From NCBI GenBank assembly GCA_038851755.1, contig JAWCKR010000003.1, positions 1 to 64,000 of the forward strand: a stretch of DNA of 64,000 bases. Reading direction: 5' to 3'. Within the stretch, counting starts at the first letter, position 1, and every line of letters begins with the position of its first letter. A model generated the notes under the pieces. It was not told where the DNA came from, searched no databases, and saw nothing but the letters and a program-made list of their open reading frames with translations. Source of the DNA: Candidatus Hadarchaeales archaeon (GTDB taxonomy: Archaea; Hadarchaeota; Hadarchaeia; Hadarchaeales; WYZ-LMO6). Position numbers and translations under genes: made by a program. Positions 26,512-34,761 of the stretch are shown piece after piece.

Positions 26512-27409
26512 CCTCTCCCCCCGCCGTCAGGAGGAAGAAGTCCTCCAGGTTAACGGGCCTGGACCTCACCCGGATTCCCTTCCCGGCGGCTACCCTTGCC
26601 ACCCTCCTCGCACCCTCCCGGTCCGTGTAGAGAAGGACCGAGCCCGAGTGTGGTATGCACTTTCCGTACCGTCCCAGCTCCTCGGGTCCCAGCTCCCCCT
26701 CCACCTCCACCCTCACCTCCGCTCCCACCCTCTGGACCAGCTCCTCCGCCCTCCCCTTCGCCAGGATCCTGCCCCGGTGGATGAGGAAGACCTCGTCGCT
26801 GAGGGCCTCCGCCTCCTCCATGTTCTGGGTGGTCAGGAAGATGGTCCTACCCTCCCCGCGGAGTTCCCTCAGGAGCTTCCACACCTCCCCCCTGCTGGGC
26901 AAATCCAGGCCGGTGGTGGGCTCGTCCAGGAAGAGGATTTCGGCGCTCGTGGCAAGGACCATGCCCAGCAGGAGCTTCCGCTGCATGCCTCCCGAGAGCT
27001 CGGAGGCCAGGGTCCGCTTCCTCCCTTCCAGCCCGACCACCCTCAGGACCTCCTCCGCCCTCCCCCTCGCCTCCGAGGAGCCCATGCCCCTCATGAGCAG
27101 GTAGCCGTACACGTGCTCCCACACGTTCAGGAAGCCCACTGGCTCCGCCTCCTGGGGGATGCAGGCGATCCTTTCCCTGATTTTTTCGGGCTCCTTCACC
27201 ACATCGTATCCCAGTACGCTGGCTCTGCCCGAGGTGGGCATCAGCTGGGTGGCCAGAATGCGCACGAGGGTGGTCTTGCCCGCCCCGTTCCTGCCGAGGA
27301 GACTGACGATCCTTCCTCTGCGGATCCTCAGGGAGACCCGGTCGAGGGCCAGGGTGTCTCCCCTGTACCTCTTGGAAAGGTTCAGGGCTCTTACCGCGTC
27401 CATCACCAC
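26489..27409 (-). CDS. ABC exporter ATP-binding subunit
   Basis: GRNGAGKTT, LSGGMQ, LDEPTTGLD, LEDFFL. Confidence 0.92.
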   Translation of the reverse strand: MVMDAVRALNLSKRYRGDTLALDRVSLRIRRGRIVSLLGRNGAGKTTLVRILATQLMPTSGRASVLGYDVVKEPEKIRERIACIPQEAEPVGFLNVWEHVYGYLLMRGMGSSEARGRAEEVLRVVGLEGRKRTLASELSGGMQRKLLLGMVLATSAEILFLDEPTTGLDLPSRGEVWKLLRELRGEGRTIFLTTQNMEEAEALSDEVFLIHRGRILAKGRAEELVQRVGAEVRVEVEGELGPEELGRYGKCIPHSGSVLLYTDREGARRVARVAAGKGIRVRSRPVNLEDFFLLTAGGEDESAQAA

Positions 27410-27446
27410 CTACCGGGGGTGGGAGTTAAAGCCTTTGAACCCGGAC

Positions 27447-27523
27447 TGGTGCGGCAGGCGGGATTCGAACCCGCGCTACAGGCTCGGCAAGCCTGTGTCC
27501 TGACCAGGCTAGACTACTGCCGC
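27447..27523 (-). tRNA. tRNA-Gly(GCC), CCA encoded
   Basis: Reverse complement GCGGCAG...CAGGC-TTGCCGA-GCCTG...GGTTCGAATCC...CTGCCGCACCA folds into a cloverleaf. Confidence 0.95.
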
Positions 27524-27607
27524 ACCATAGGAATCTCCTGTGGGGGATATTTAAGCCGGAGGGGGAAGTGGATTTAAACAGGGGAGGAGAGGTAGGAAGG
27601 GGAGCAC

Positions 27608-28183
27608 TTGACCTCGCTGGAACTCCTGCTGGCGGCGATAGTGGTGGTGGTGCTGGGCTGGATCTTCCTGCCCGGCTGGAAGGTTCTGGAGGGTAGGAGA
27701 CTGGCTGTGAAGGTGAACAGGCTGGAGGGGGAGCTCAGGAAGCTTCAGCAGGAGAACCTCCGGCTAAGGGAAGAGATCATGAGGAGGCCGGAGCACGAGA
27801 AGATGGAGGTGGGAAAGGTCTCCTCTCTGGTGAGGGATTTGGAGGCCCTCCGGAGCGCCATAGCGGGTGCGAAGGTGAGTTTGGATAGGCTTCACAAGAA
27901 GTACGGGTTGGGCCCCAGCCCAGAGCTCCTCACCAAGATCCTCCAGTCCCAGCCGGAACTGAGCTGGGCCATGAGGGAGAGGCTTGCCCAGGACATCCTG
28001 GTGGGTGAGGTGGGTCGGGCGGTCCTGAGGGCCCTTGCTTCCTCGCCTTCTTTGGACCAGGCCTCGGCCAGCTCCGGCGTTCCCCTGGCGGTGGTGAAGA
28101 GCGAGGTGAGGAGGCTCCAGACCCTCGGCTACCTGGACGACCGGCTGGGCCTCACCCAGCTGGGGAAGATGAGCCTCGGCTGA
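27608..28183 (+). CDS. Hypothetical protein: N-terminal TM, coiled coil, C-terminal winged-helix-like domain
   Basis: Hydrophobic N-terminus, heptad-rich middle, LDQAS..SGVPLAVVKSEVRRLQTLGYL..LTQLG. Confidence 0.65.
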   Translation: MTSLELLLAAIVVVVLGWIFLPGWKVLEGRRLAVKVNRLEGELRKLQQENLRLREEIMRRPEHEKMEVGKVSSLVRDLEALRSAIAGAKVSLDRLHKKYGLGPSPELLTKILQSQPELSWAMRERLAQDILVGEVGRAVLRALASSPSLDQASASSGVPLAVVKSEVRRLQTLGYLDDRLGLTQLGKMSLG

Positions 28184-28185
28184 GA

Positions 28186-29439
28186 TCAGAGCACCTTCGA
28201 GGCGGCCCTCTTCACCCTTTCCGCGAATTTGGGGAGGGTGAGCACCCTCATCAGGTACCTGGGAGTGGCACCTTCCCTGAGAGCGCTTGCTAGCGGGGAG
28301 ATCTCGGAGAGCCTGGTCCTCCCCTTCTCCATGAGGACGGGGATTTCCACCTCGCCTATCCTGGGCTCCGAGAGGAAGAGGTCCACCAGGGGCACATCCA
28401 GGAGAACGTAGCCCTGGGGAACCCCCGCCCTGTCGGCTATTTCGTCTTGGAGTTCCAGGAGGGAGTCCCAGCCCCCGAACCTCCTCAGGAGGAGCTTCTT
28501 CTCCCGGTCCCCCAGCCTCTTCCTCGGCTCCTCGTGGGCAGGTTTGAGGAGCTGGCGGTACTTCAGCCTCAGCACCATCTCCTCGCCATATCCTCCCATC
28601 CTCCTCAGCTCCTCCAGCAGCTCTCCATCCGTTTTGGCGTAGAGCTCCATGGGTGACTTACCCCTCCCGATGGACCACTCCACAGCGTTGGCGAGCATCA
28701 GCTCCGCAGCTCTGACGGTGGGGTGGAAGTAGACGGAGGAGTACATCAGGGACCTGGCGGTCAGCATGCCCTCCACGGCCTCCATTCCCTTGTTCAGGAT
28801 CATGAGGCGGTTGCTCCTGATGACCAGCGTGCTGAGAAGCCTTTCCACGTCTATCATCCCCAGGGCCACGCCCGTGAAGTGGGCGTCCCTCAGCAGGAAA
28901 TCCATCTGGTCCAGGTCCACCTCGCTCGCCAGCAGCTCTGCCAGGTACCTCTTGCGGTGCCTTCCCCTCATCAGGGAGGCCACTTCGTCGGGGTCTATCC
29001 CCCACCTCTCCAGCTTCTCCGGGATCCCCTCCATCCGCAGGGGTTTCTTTTTGTCCTCCTGCAGAGAGGCCCTCCCCCTCACCACTTCACAGCCCACCTG
29101 CACGTGGTCCTTCCCCACGTGTTTCAACATCAGGGCTTCCAGCGTGTGGGAGAAAGGGGGGTGCCCCACGTCGTGCAGGAGGGCGGCAGCGCCCAAGAGG
29201 AGGACTTCCTCTTTCTCCAGGCCCCTCATCCCGCTGTACTTTCTGACCAGGTGGAGCACACCCAGGGAATGTTCGAACCTGGAGTGATTACCCCCTGGGA
29301 AAACCAGGTGGGCCATCCCCAGCTGCCTGATGCCCCTGAGTCTCTGCACCTCCGGGGCCTCCAGCAGGTCCAGGAAGGGACCATCCAGCTTCAGACCCCC
29401 ATGGATGGGGTCGTGGATGGTCTTTTCGTCCCTACCCAC
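28186..29439 (-). CDS. HD-domain phosphohydrolase (SAMHD1/YdhJ-like dNTPase family)
   Basis: DPIHG, QRLRGIRQLG, HSRFEHSLG, ALLHDVGH.PFSH, DQMDFLLRD. Confidence 0.9.
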   Translation of the reverse strand: MGRDEKTIHDPIHGGLKLDGPFLDLLEAPEVQRLRGIRQLGMAHLVFPGGNHSRFEHSLGVLHLVRKYSGMRGLEKEEVLLLGAAALLHDVGHPPFSHTLEALMLKHVGKDHVQVGCEVVRGRASLQEDKKKPLRMEGIPEKLERWGIDPDEVASLMRGRHRKRYLAELLASEVDLDQMDFLLRDAHFTGVALGMIDVERLLSTLVIRSNRLMILNKGMEAVEGMLTARSLMYSSVYFHPTVRAAELMLANAVEWSIGRGKSPMELYAKTDGELLEELRRMGGYGEEMVLRLKYRQLLKPAHEEPRKRLGDREKKLLLRRFGGWDSLLELQDEIADRAGVPQGYVLLDVPLVDLFLSEPRIGEVEIPVLMEKGRTRLSEISPLASALREGATPRYLMRVLTLPKFAERVKRAASKVL

Positions 29440-29905
29440 CGGCCTCCTCCTCCAAGAGGTGGACGAGGGGGGCGTCGGGATCGTTCTTCACGGTGCTGTG
29501 CACGATGAAGGTCTCTGTTTCTCTCACCCCTCTGAGCTCATGGATTCTCTCGACCACCTCCTTGAGCTCTTCGGGGTTCTTCACCATCACCACCATCACG
29601 GCGCTGTATCTCCCGAAGATTCTGTGGAATTCGCTTACGTGCGGTATTCCCAGGATGACTTGCTCGTTCCTCCTCCTCACCTCCTCCTGTGGGTCCTCGT
29701 TGATGAAGACGTAGGCTTTGGTCTCCAGACCCAGCTTGGAGGGATCCACCCTCACGGTGAAGGACACTCCCTTTTTCTTCAGCTCCTCGATTTTCTTCGA
29801 GGCCGTCTGGCGGGAAATCCCCACCTTCTTCGCCAGCTTGCTCACGGGGAGGGAGCTGTCTTTTAGGAGCTCCAGCAGCAAGCGCTTCTCCGGCTCTTTC
29901 ATCAT
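29432..29905 (-). CDS. Lrp/AsnC family transcriptional regulator
   Basis: N-terminal HTH (LAKKVGISRQT), VDPSKLG, RAM domain with ETETFIV. Confidence 0.9.
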   Translation of the reverse strand: MMKEPEKRLLLELLKDSSLPVSKLAKKVGISRQTASKKIEELKKKGVSFTVRVDPSKLGLETKAYVFINEDPQEEVRRRNEQVILGIPHVSEFHRIFGRYSAVMVVMVKNPEELKEVVERIHELRGVRETETFIVHSTVKNDPDAPLVHLLEEEAGG

Positions 29906-30062
29906 TGGGAGGTGGGAGGTTCTCCTTTTTACATTTTGTTAATTAGAAAGGAAGGAGTCCTCACGTGCCTGGGCTGGCCCTCCCTCCCCAAAGGGCAGAA
30001 TATATGGGGTATAGACAGGTAAGAAAGTCTTTTTTATGAGGGGCTCGAAGTTTTCCTGTTCC

Positions 30063-31346
30063 ATGTCAGGGTTCAGGGGAGGAGTCCATCCGGGGGGCCT
30101 GAAGCTCACTGGGCTCAAGAGGATAGAGGCTCCACCCCTTCCACCCCGCGTGGTGATTCCCCTCCGGCAACACCTGGGGGCCCCCTGCGATCCCCTGGTG
30201 GAGAAGGGGGCTCAGGTGAAGACCGGGCAGAAGATAGGGGAGTCGAAGGCCCCTGTTTCCGCCCCCGTACACGCTTCGGTTTCCGGCACGGTGGTGGAGC
30301 TCTCCCCCCGGAGGCTGCCCACGGGCGACAAAGCCCTTTCCGTGGTGATAGACTCCGACGGTAAGGACGAATGGGTGAGGATGCCTCCCCTCGACCCTGA
30401 GAAGGCCTCTAGGGAGGAGCTGTTACAGAGGGTGAGAGAGGCCGGGATTGTGGGAATGGGCGGGGCGGGTTTCCCCACCCACATCAAGCTCAACCCGCCC
30501 AAGAAGGTGGACACCCTTCTGATCAACGGGGTGGAGTGCGAGCCCTACATCACCTCCGACCATCGTCTGATGCTCGAGGAGGGGGAGAAGATTGTGGAGG
30601 GGGCCAAAATCATGGCAAAGATGCTGGGGGTGGAGAGGGTCCTCATAGCCATCGAGGACAACAAACCGGATGCCCTAGAGCACATGAAAAAGCTGAGCGA
30701 GGGTTGGGGGGAGGTGGTGAAGCTGCGGACCAAGTATCCCCAGGGAGATGAGAGACACCTCCTGAAAGCTGTGCTCGGGAGGGAGGTGCCTGCGGGTGGT
30801 CTGCCCCTGGACGTGGGGGCCGTGGTCCAGAATGTGGCCACCTCGAAGGCCGTCTACGACGCCGTGCGACTGGGGATTCCGCTCGTGGAGAGGATAGTCA
30901 CCGTCACAGGGGCGGTGGCGGAGCCCAAGAACCTCAGGGTGAGGGTGGGGACCCCCTTCACCTATCTCCTGCAGCATTGCGGGGGGGTGGTGGGGAAGGT
31001 GGTGAAGGTGGTGGCGGGAGGTCCCATGATGGGCTTTGCCGTCCACGAGGAGGTGCCCGTGGTGAAGACCACAGGCTGCGTGCTGTTGATGGAGGAAAGG
31101 GAGGTGAGGGAAGAAGAGGAGAGTCCCTGCATCAGGTGCGGGAGATGCGTGGACGCCTGCCCTATGGGCCTCATGCCCACCCATCTCGTGAAGCTGGTGA
31201 GGGCCAAAGACTTCGACGCCTGCCTGCAGTACAACCTTCCCAGCTGTGATGAGTGCGGGTGCTGTGCTTATGTCTGTCCCTCCAAAATCCCCATCGTGCA
31301 CGTGATAAGGGAGGGGAAGAAAGGGATCAGGAGGCTGAAGAAATGA
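30063..31346 (+). CDS. rnfC: Rnf complex subunit C
   Basis: FRGGVHP, QHLGAP, HASVSG, AGIVGMGGAGFPT, ECEPY, YPQG, GGPMMG, two CxxCxxCxxxCP motifs. Confidence 0.95.
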   Translation: MSGFRGGVHPGGLKLTGLKRIEAPPLPPRVVIPLRQHLGAPCDPLVEKGAQVKTGQKIGESKAPVSAPVHASVSGTVVELSPRRLPTGDKALSVVIDSDGKDEWVRMPPLDPEKASREELLQRVREAGIVGMGGAGFPTHIKLNPPKKVDTLLINGVECEPYITSDHRLMLEEGEKIVEGAKIMAKMLGVERVLIAIEDNKPDALEHMKKLSEGWGEVVKLRTKYPQGDERHLLKAVLGREVPAGGLPLDVGAVVQNVATSKAVYDAVRLGIPLVERIVTVTGAVAEPKNLRVRVGTPFTYLLQHCGGVVGKVVKVVAGGPMMGFAVHEEVPVVKTTGCVLLMEEREVREEEESPCIRCGRCVDACPMGLMPTHLVKLVRAKDFDACLQYNLPSCDECGCCAYVCPSKIPIVHVIREGKKGIRRLKK

Positions 31347-32284
31347 TACCTGATACCAGGCTGAAGGTTTCGCCCAGCCCCCATCTCAAGGACAGGGTTT
31401 CGGTGAGGCTGATCATGTTTACGGTGGTGGTGGCCCTCCTGCCGGCCGCCGCCTGCGGCGTGTACCTCTTCGGCCTCCACGCCCTCTGGGTGATTCTGGC
31501 CTCCGTGGCCTCCGCCCTGCTCTCCGAATTCGTGGGGTACAGGGCCATGGGTAAGAAGTTCACCATGGACGGAAGCGCGGTGATCACGGGGCTCCTCCTG
31601 GCCCTTTGCCTTCCACCCTCCGTCCCCCTCTGGATGCCCGTGGTGGGTTCCTCCTTCGCCATCCTGGTGGGGAAGTGCGCCTTCGGAGGTCTGGGCCAGA
31701 ACATCTTCAACCCCGCCCTCGTGGGAAGGGCTTTCCTCTCCCTCAGCTGGCCCGCCCTCATGACGACCTGGATCTCCCCCTTCGAGGGGGTGAGCACGGC
31801 TACCCCTCTAGGCACCTGGAAGGCCGGCGGAGGTTATGCCTCTCACTCCGAGCTCTTCCTGGGGAACGTGGCGGGGTGCATAGGGGAGACCTCGGCCTTG
31901 GCCATCCTGCTGGGTGGAATGTTGTTGATAGCCCTCAAGTACATCGACTGGAAGACCCCCCTCTCCTACATAGGCACGGTGGGTTTGCTCATGTTCCTGC
32001 TGGGTGAGGACCCCCTCTTCCACATGCTCGCGGGGGGCCTTTTCCTGGGGGCCTTCTTCATGGCCACCGACTACGTCACCACCCCCCTCACGGGCAAGGG
32101 CAGGGTGATCTTTGGTCTCGGGGCGGGTCTCCTGGTGGTGGTGATAAGGATGTACGGGGGGATGCCGGAGGGGGTCACCTACTCCATCCTGATCATGAAC
32201 GCCTTCACCCCCCTCATAGATAGGTACACCAGACCCAGGGTGTACGGGACGGTGAGGAAGAAATGGTGGGAAAGAAAGAAGTGA
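31343..32284 (+). CDS. rnfD: Rnf complex subunit D
   Basis: SPH, FGGLGQNIFNPAL, STATPL FMN site, GCIGETS, FFMATD..T.P. Confidence 0.95.
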   Translation: MIPDTRLKVSPSPHLKDRVSVRLIMFTVVVALLPAAACGVYLFGLHALWVILASVASALLSEFVGYRAMGKKFTMDGSAVITGLLLALCLPPSVPLWMPVVGSSFAILVGKCAFGGLGQNIFNPALVGRAFLSLSWPALMTTWISPFEGVSTATPLGTWKAGGGYASHSELFLGNVAGCIGETSALAILLGGMLLIALKYIDWKTPLSYIGTVGLLMFLLGEDPLFHMLAGGLFLGAFFMATDYVTTPLTGKGRVIFGLGAGLLVVVIRMYGGMPEGVTYSILIMNAFTPLIDRYTRPRVYGTVRKKWWERKK

Positions 32285-32781
32285 AGCCGGTGGCGGTGCT
32301 GGTGATCACCTGCGTGGTCTGGGGAGCCCTCCTGGGCTTCATCCACGGCGCCACGGAGGAAAAGATAGAGGAAGCGGAGAGGACCGAGCTCTACCGCACT
32401 CTCTCAGAAATTTTTCCCGGCGCTCAGTTCAGTGAGGAGGATGGCCACTACGCTTGCTTGGAGAACGGTGGGGTGGTGGGGTATGCCACGGTGGTGGAGG
32501 AGAGGGGATTCGGCGGGAAGATGAAGGTGGTGGTAGGGATCTCTAAGGAGGGAACGGTGGTGGGGGTCAGGGTGGTCTCCCACAGCGAGACCCCTGGTCT
32601 GGGATCCAAGATAACAGAGGAGGAGTTCTTGGCCCAGTTCGGGGGGAAGAGACTGGAGGAGATACTCCTTAAGAAGGATGGGGGAGAGATAGAAGGGGTC
32701 ACGGGGGCCACCATAAGCTCCCGGGCGGTGGTGAGGGCCGTGAGGTCGGGTCTGGAGAACCTGCTGGGGTGGATGGGGTGA
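32263..32781 (+). CDS. rnfG: Rnf complex subunit G
   Basis: N-terminal TM, GFGG, SETPGLG, GVTGATISS FMN site. Confidence 0.93.
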   Translation: MVGKKEVKPVAVLVITCVVWGALLGFIHGATEEKIEEAERTELYRTLSEIFPGAQFSEEDGHYACLENGGVVGYATVVEERGFGGKMKVVVGISKEGTVVGVRVVSHSETPGLGSKITEEEFLAQFGGKRLEEILLKKDGGEIEGVTGATISSRAVVRAVRSGLENLLGWMG

Positions 32782-33371
32782 AGGTTCAGGAGTTCACGAA
32801 GGGAATCCTGAGGAAGAACCCGGTGCTGGGACTCATCCTGGGACTGTGTCCTGTCCTCGCCATCACCACGAAGGTGGAGAACGCGCTGGGTATGTCCGTT
32901 GCCTTCACCTTCGTGATTGTCCTCTCCAATCTCCTCATTTCTCTCCTCAAAAGGTTCATCCCCAGGGACGTGAGGATTCCCACCTTCATCGTTATCATAG
33001 CAAGCTTTGTGACCATCGTGGAGATGCTGATCCACGGCTACTCCCCTCCCCTCTACGAGCAGCTGGGGATCTTCCTCCCCCTCATCACGGTGAACTGCAT
33101 CGTGCTCGGCAGGGCAGAGGCCTTCGCCTCCAAGCGCCCGGTCTCGGAGACCCTGCTGGACACCCTGGGGATGAGCGTGGGGTTCTCCCTCTCCATCATC
33201 GTCATCTCCTCCCTGAGGGAGCTTTTCGGGACAGGCAAGATCGTGGTCTTCGGGCACCAGCTGGTTCCAGGCCTCCTCTCCTCCCCGGCCACAGGCATGA
33301 TCCTGCCGCCTGGGGCCTTCCTGGTGATGGGCATCTTGCTCGCCGTGATGAAGAAGGCGAGGGTGGTGTGA
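32778..33371 (+). CDS. rnfE: Rnf complex subunit E
   Basis: NPV..LGLCP.LA, VRIP, PLITVNCIVLGRAE, PPGAF. Confidence 0.95.
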   Translation: MKVQEFTKGILRKNPVLGLILGLCPVLAITTKVENALGMSVAFTFVIVLSNLLISLLKRFIPRDVRIPTFIVIIASFVTIVEMLIHGYSPPLYEQLGIFLPLITVNCIVLGRAEAFASKRPVSETLLDTLGMSVGFSLSIIVISSLRELFGTGKIVVFGHQLVPGLLSSPATGMILPPGAFLVMGILLAVMKKARVV

Positions 33372-33372
33372 G

Positions 33373-33954
33373 ATGGAGAACCTTCTCGGAATAGTGATAG
33401 CGGCCATCTTCATCAACAACATCGTCCTGACGAAGTTCCTTGGCCTCTGTTCCTTCTTCGGCATCTCCACCAGAATAAAGACCTCGCTCATGATGGGCAT
33501 GGCCGTCACCTTCGTGGCCACCTGTTCCTCCCTCATCACCTGGCTCATCCACCGGTACTTCCTCTTGCCCTTCCACATAGAGTACATGCGGATAGTGGCT
33601 TTCATCCTGGTGATAGCCTCCTTCGTCCAGCTGGTAGAGATCACCATCAGGAAGCTCTCTCCCTCTCTCTACAGGGCCTTCGGGATCTACCTCCCCCTCA
33701 TCACCGTTAACTGCGCCATCTTGGGAGTGACCCTGATCAACGTGGATGTGGAAAGGTATTCCTTTCCGGCTGCCGTGGTCAACGGCTTTGCCACGGGCCT
33801 GGGTTACACCCTGGCCATCCTCATGATGTCCGGGATGAGGGAGAGGCTGGAGATCTCAGAAGCCCCTCCCTCCTTCCGTGGCCTCCCCCTGGCCTTCATC
33901 ACGGCGGCCCTCTTGGCCCTGGCCTTCCAGGGTTTCAGCGGGATGGTGGAGTAG
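33373..33954 (+). CDS. rnfA: Rnf complex subunit A
   Basis: NNIVL..FLGLC, VQLVE, GIYLPLITVNCAILG, RERL. Confidence 0.95.
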   Translation: MENLLGIVIAAIFINNIVLTKFLGLCSFFGISTRIKTSLMMGMAVTFVATCSSLITWLIHRYFLLPFHIEYMRIVAFILVIASFVQLVEITIRKLSPSLYRAFGIYLPLITVNCAILGVTLINVDVERYSFPAAVVNGFATGLGYTLAILMMSGMRERLEISEAPPSFRGLPLAFITAALLALAFQGFSGMVE

Positions 33955-34761
33955 ATGATAGAGGAGATGATGGTCCTGGGGGTGACGGGGGCTGCCTTCG
34001 CCATCATGTTGGTGGTGGCGGCCAGGAAGATGGCCGTTCAGGTGGACGAGAGAGTCGAGAGGATCCGGGAGAAGCTCCCTGGTGCTTCCTGCGGGGCCTG
34101 CGGGTTCAAGGGCGGGTGCGATGCGCTGGCGGAGGAGGTGGTGAAGGACCCCTCCCTCCTGAGCAAGTGCAGGCTGGCGGGACCGGAGGAGAAGAAGGAG
34201 ATAGGGAAGATCCTGGGAGTGGAGGTGAAGGAAGAGGAGGAGAAGAGGCTGCCGCGCGTGAGGTGCACGGGCCAGTCCAAGGTCCTCTTCGAAGCCTCCG
34301 GGGAGAGGACCTGCTCGGCCCTCTCCGACCTCGCGGGGGGGCCGCTTGCCTGCCCCTACGGGTGCCTGGGGGTGGGAGACTGCGTGAGGGCATGCCCCTT
34401 CGGGGCCCTGAGGATGGAGAACGGACTCCCGGCGGTGGACGAGCGGAGGTGCACGGGGTGCGGGCTCTGCGAGCAGACCTGCCCCAGGGGATTGATCAAG
34501 CTCCTCCCCGTGAGCACCAAGGTCCTCCTCCTCTGCAACTCCCCCGCCCCGGGGAAGGAGGTGAACGCTTCCTGCGCCAGCGGCTGCATCAAGTGCAGGA
34601 TCTGCGAGAAGGCCTGTCCTGTTCAGGCCATAAAGCTCGACCCCCTGCCCATCATCGATCAGACCCTTTGCAACGCCTGCGGGACCTGTGTGGAGAAGTG
34701 CCCGCGCAAGGTGCTGAAGCTGGGCGTGCCTGTAGCTGCCCCTGCTCCCCCCTCAGGTTAG
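33955..34761 (+). CDS. rnfB: Rnf complex subunit B (polyferredoxin)
   Basis: TM anchor, LPGASCGACGF..GC, multiple CxxCxxCxxxCP motifs. Confidence 0.93.
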   Translation: MIEEMMVLGVTGAAFAIMLVVAARKMAVQVDERVERIREKLPGASCGACGFKGGCDALAEEVVKDPSLLSKCRLAGPEEKKEIGKILGVEVKEEEEKRLPRVRCTGQSKVLFEASGERTCSALSDLAGGPLACPYGCLGVGDCVRACPFGALRMENGLPAVDERRCTGCGLCEQTCPRGLIKLLPVSTKVLLLCNSPAPGKEVNASCASGCIKCRICEKACPVQAIKLDPLPIIDQTLCNACGTCVEKCPRKVLKLGVPVAAPAPPSG

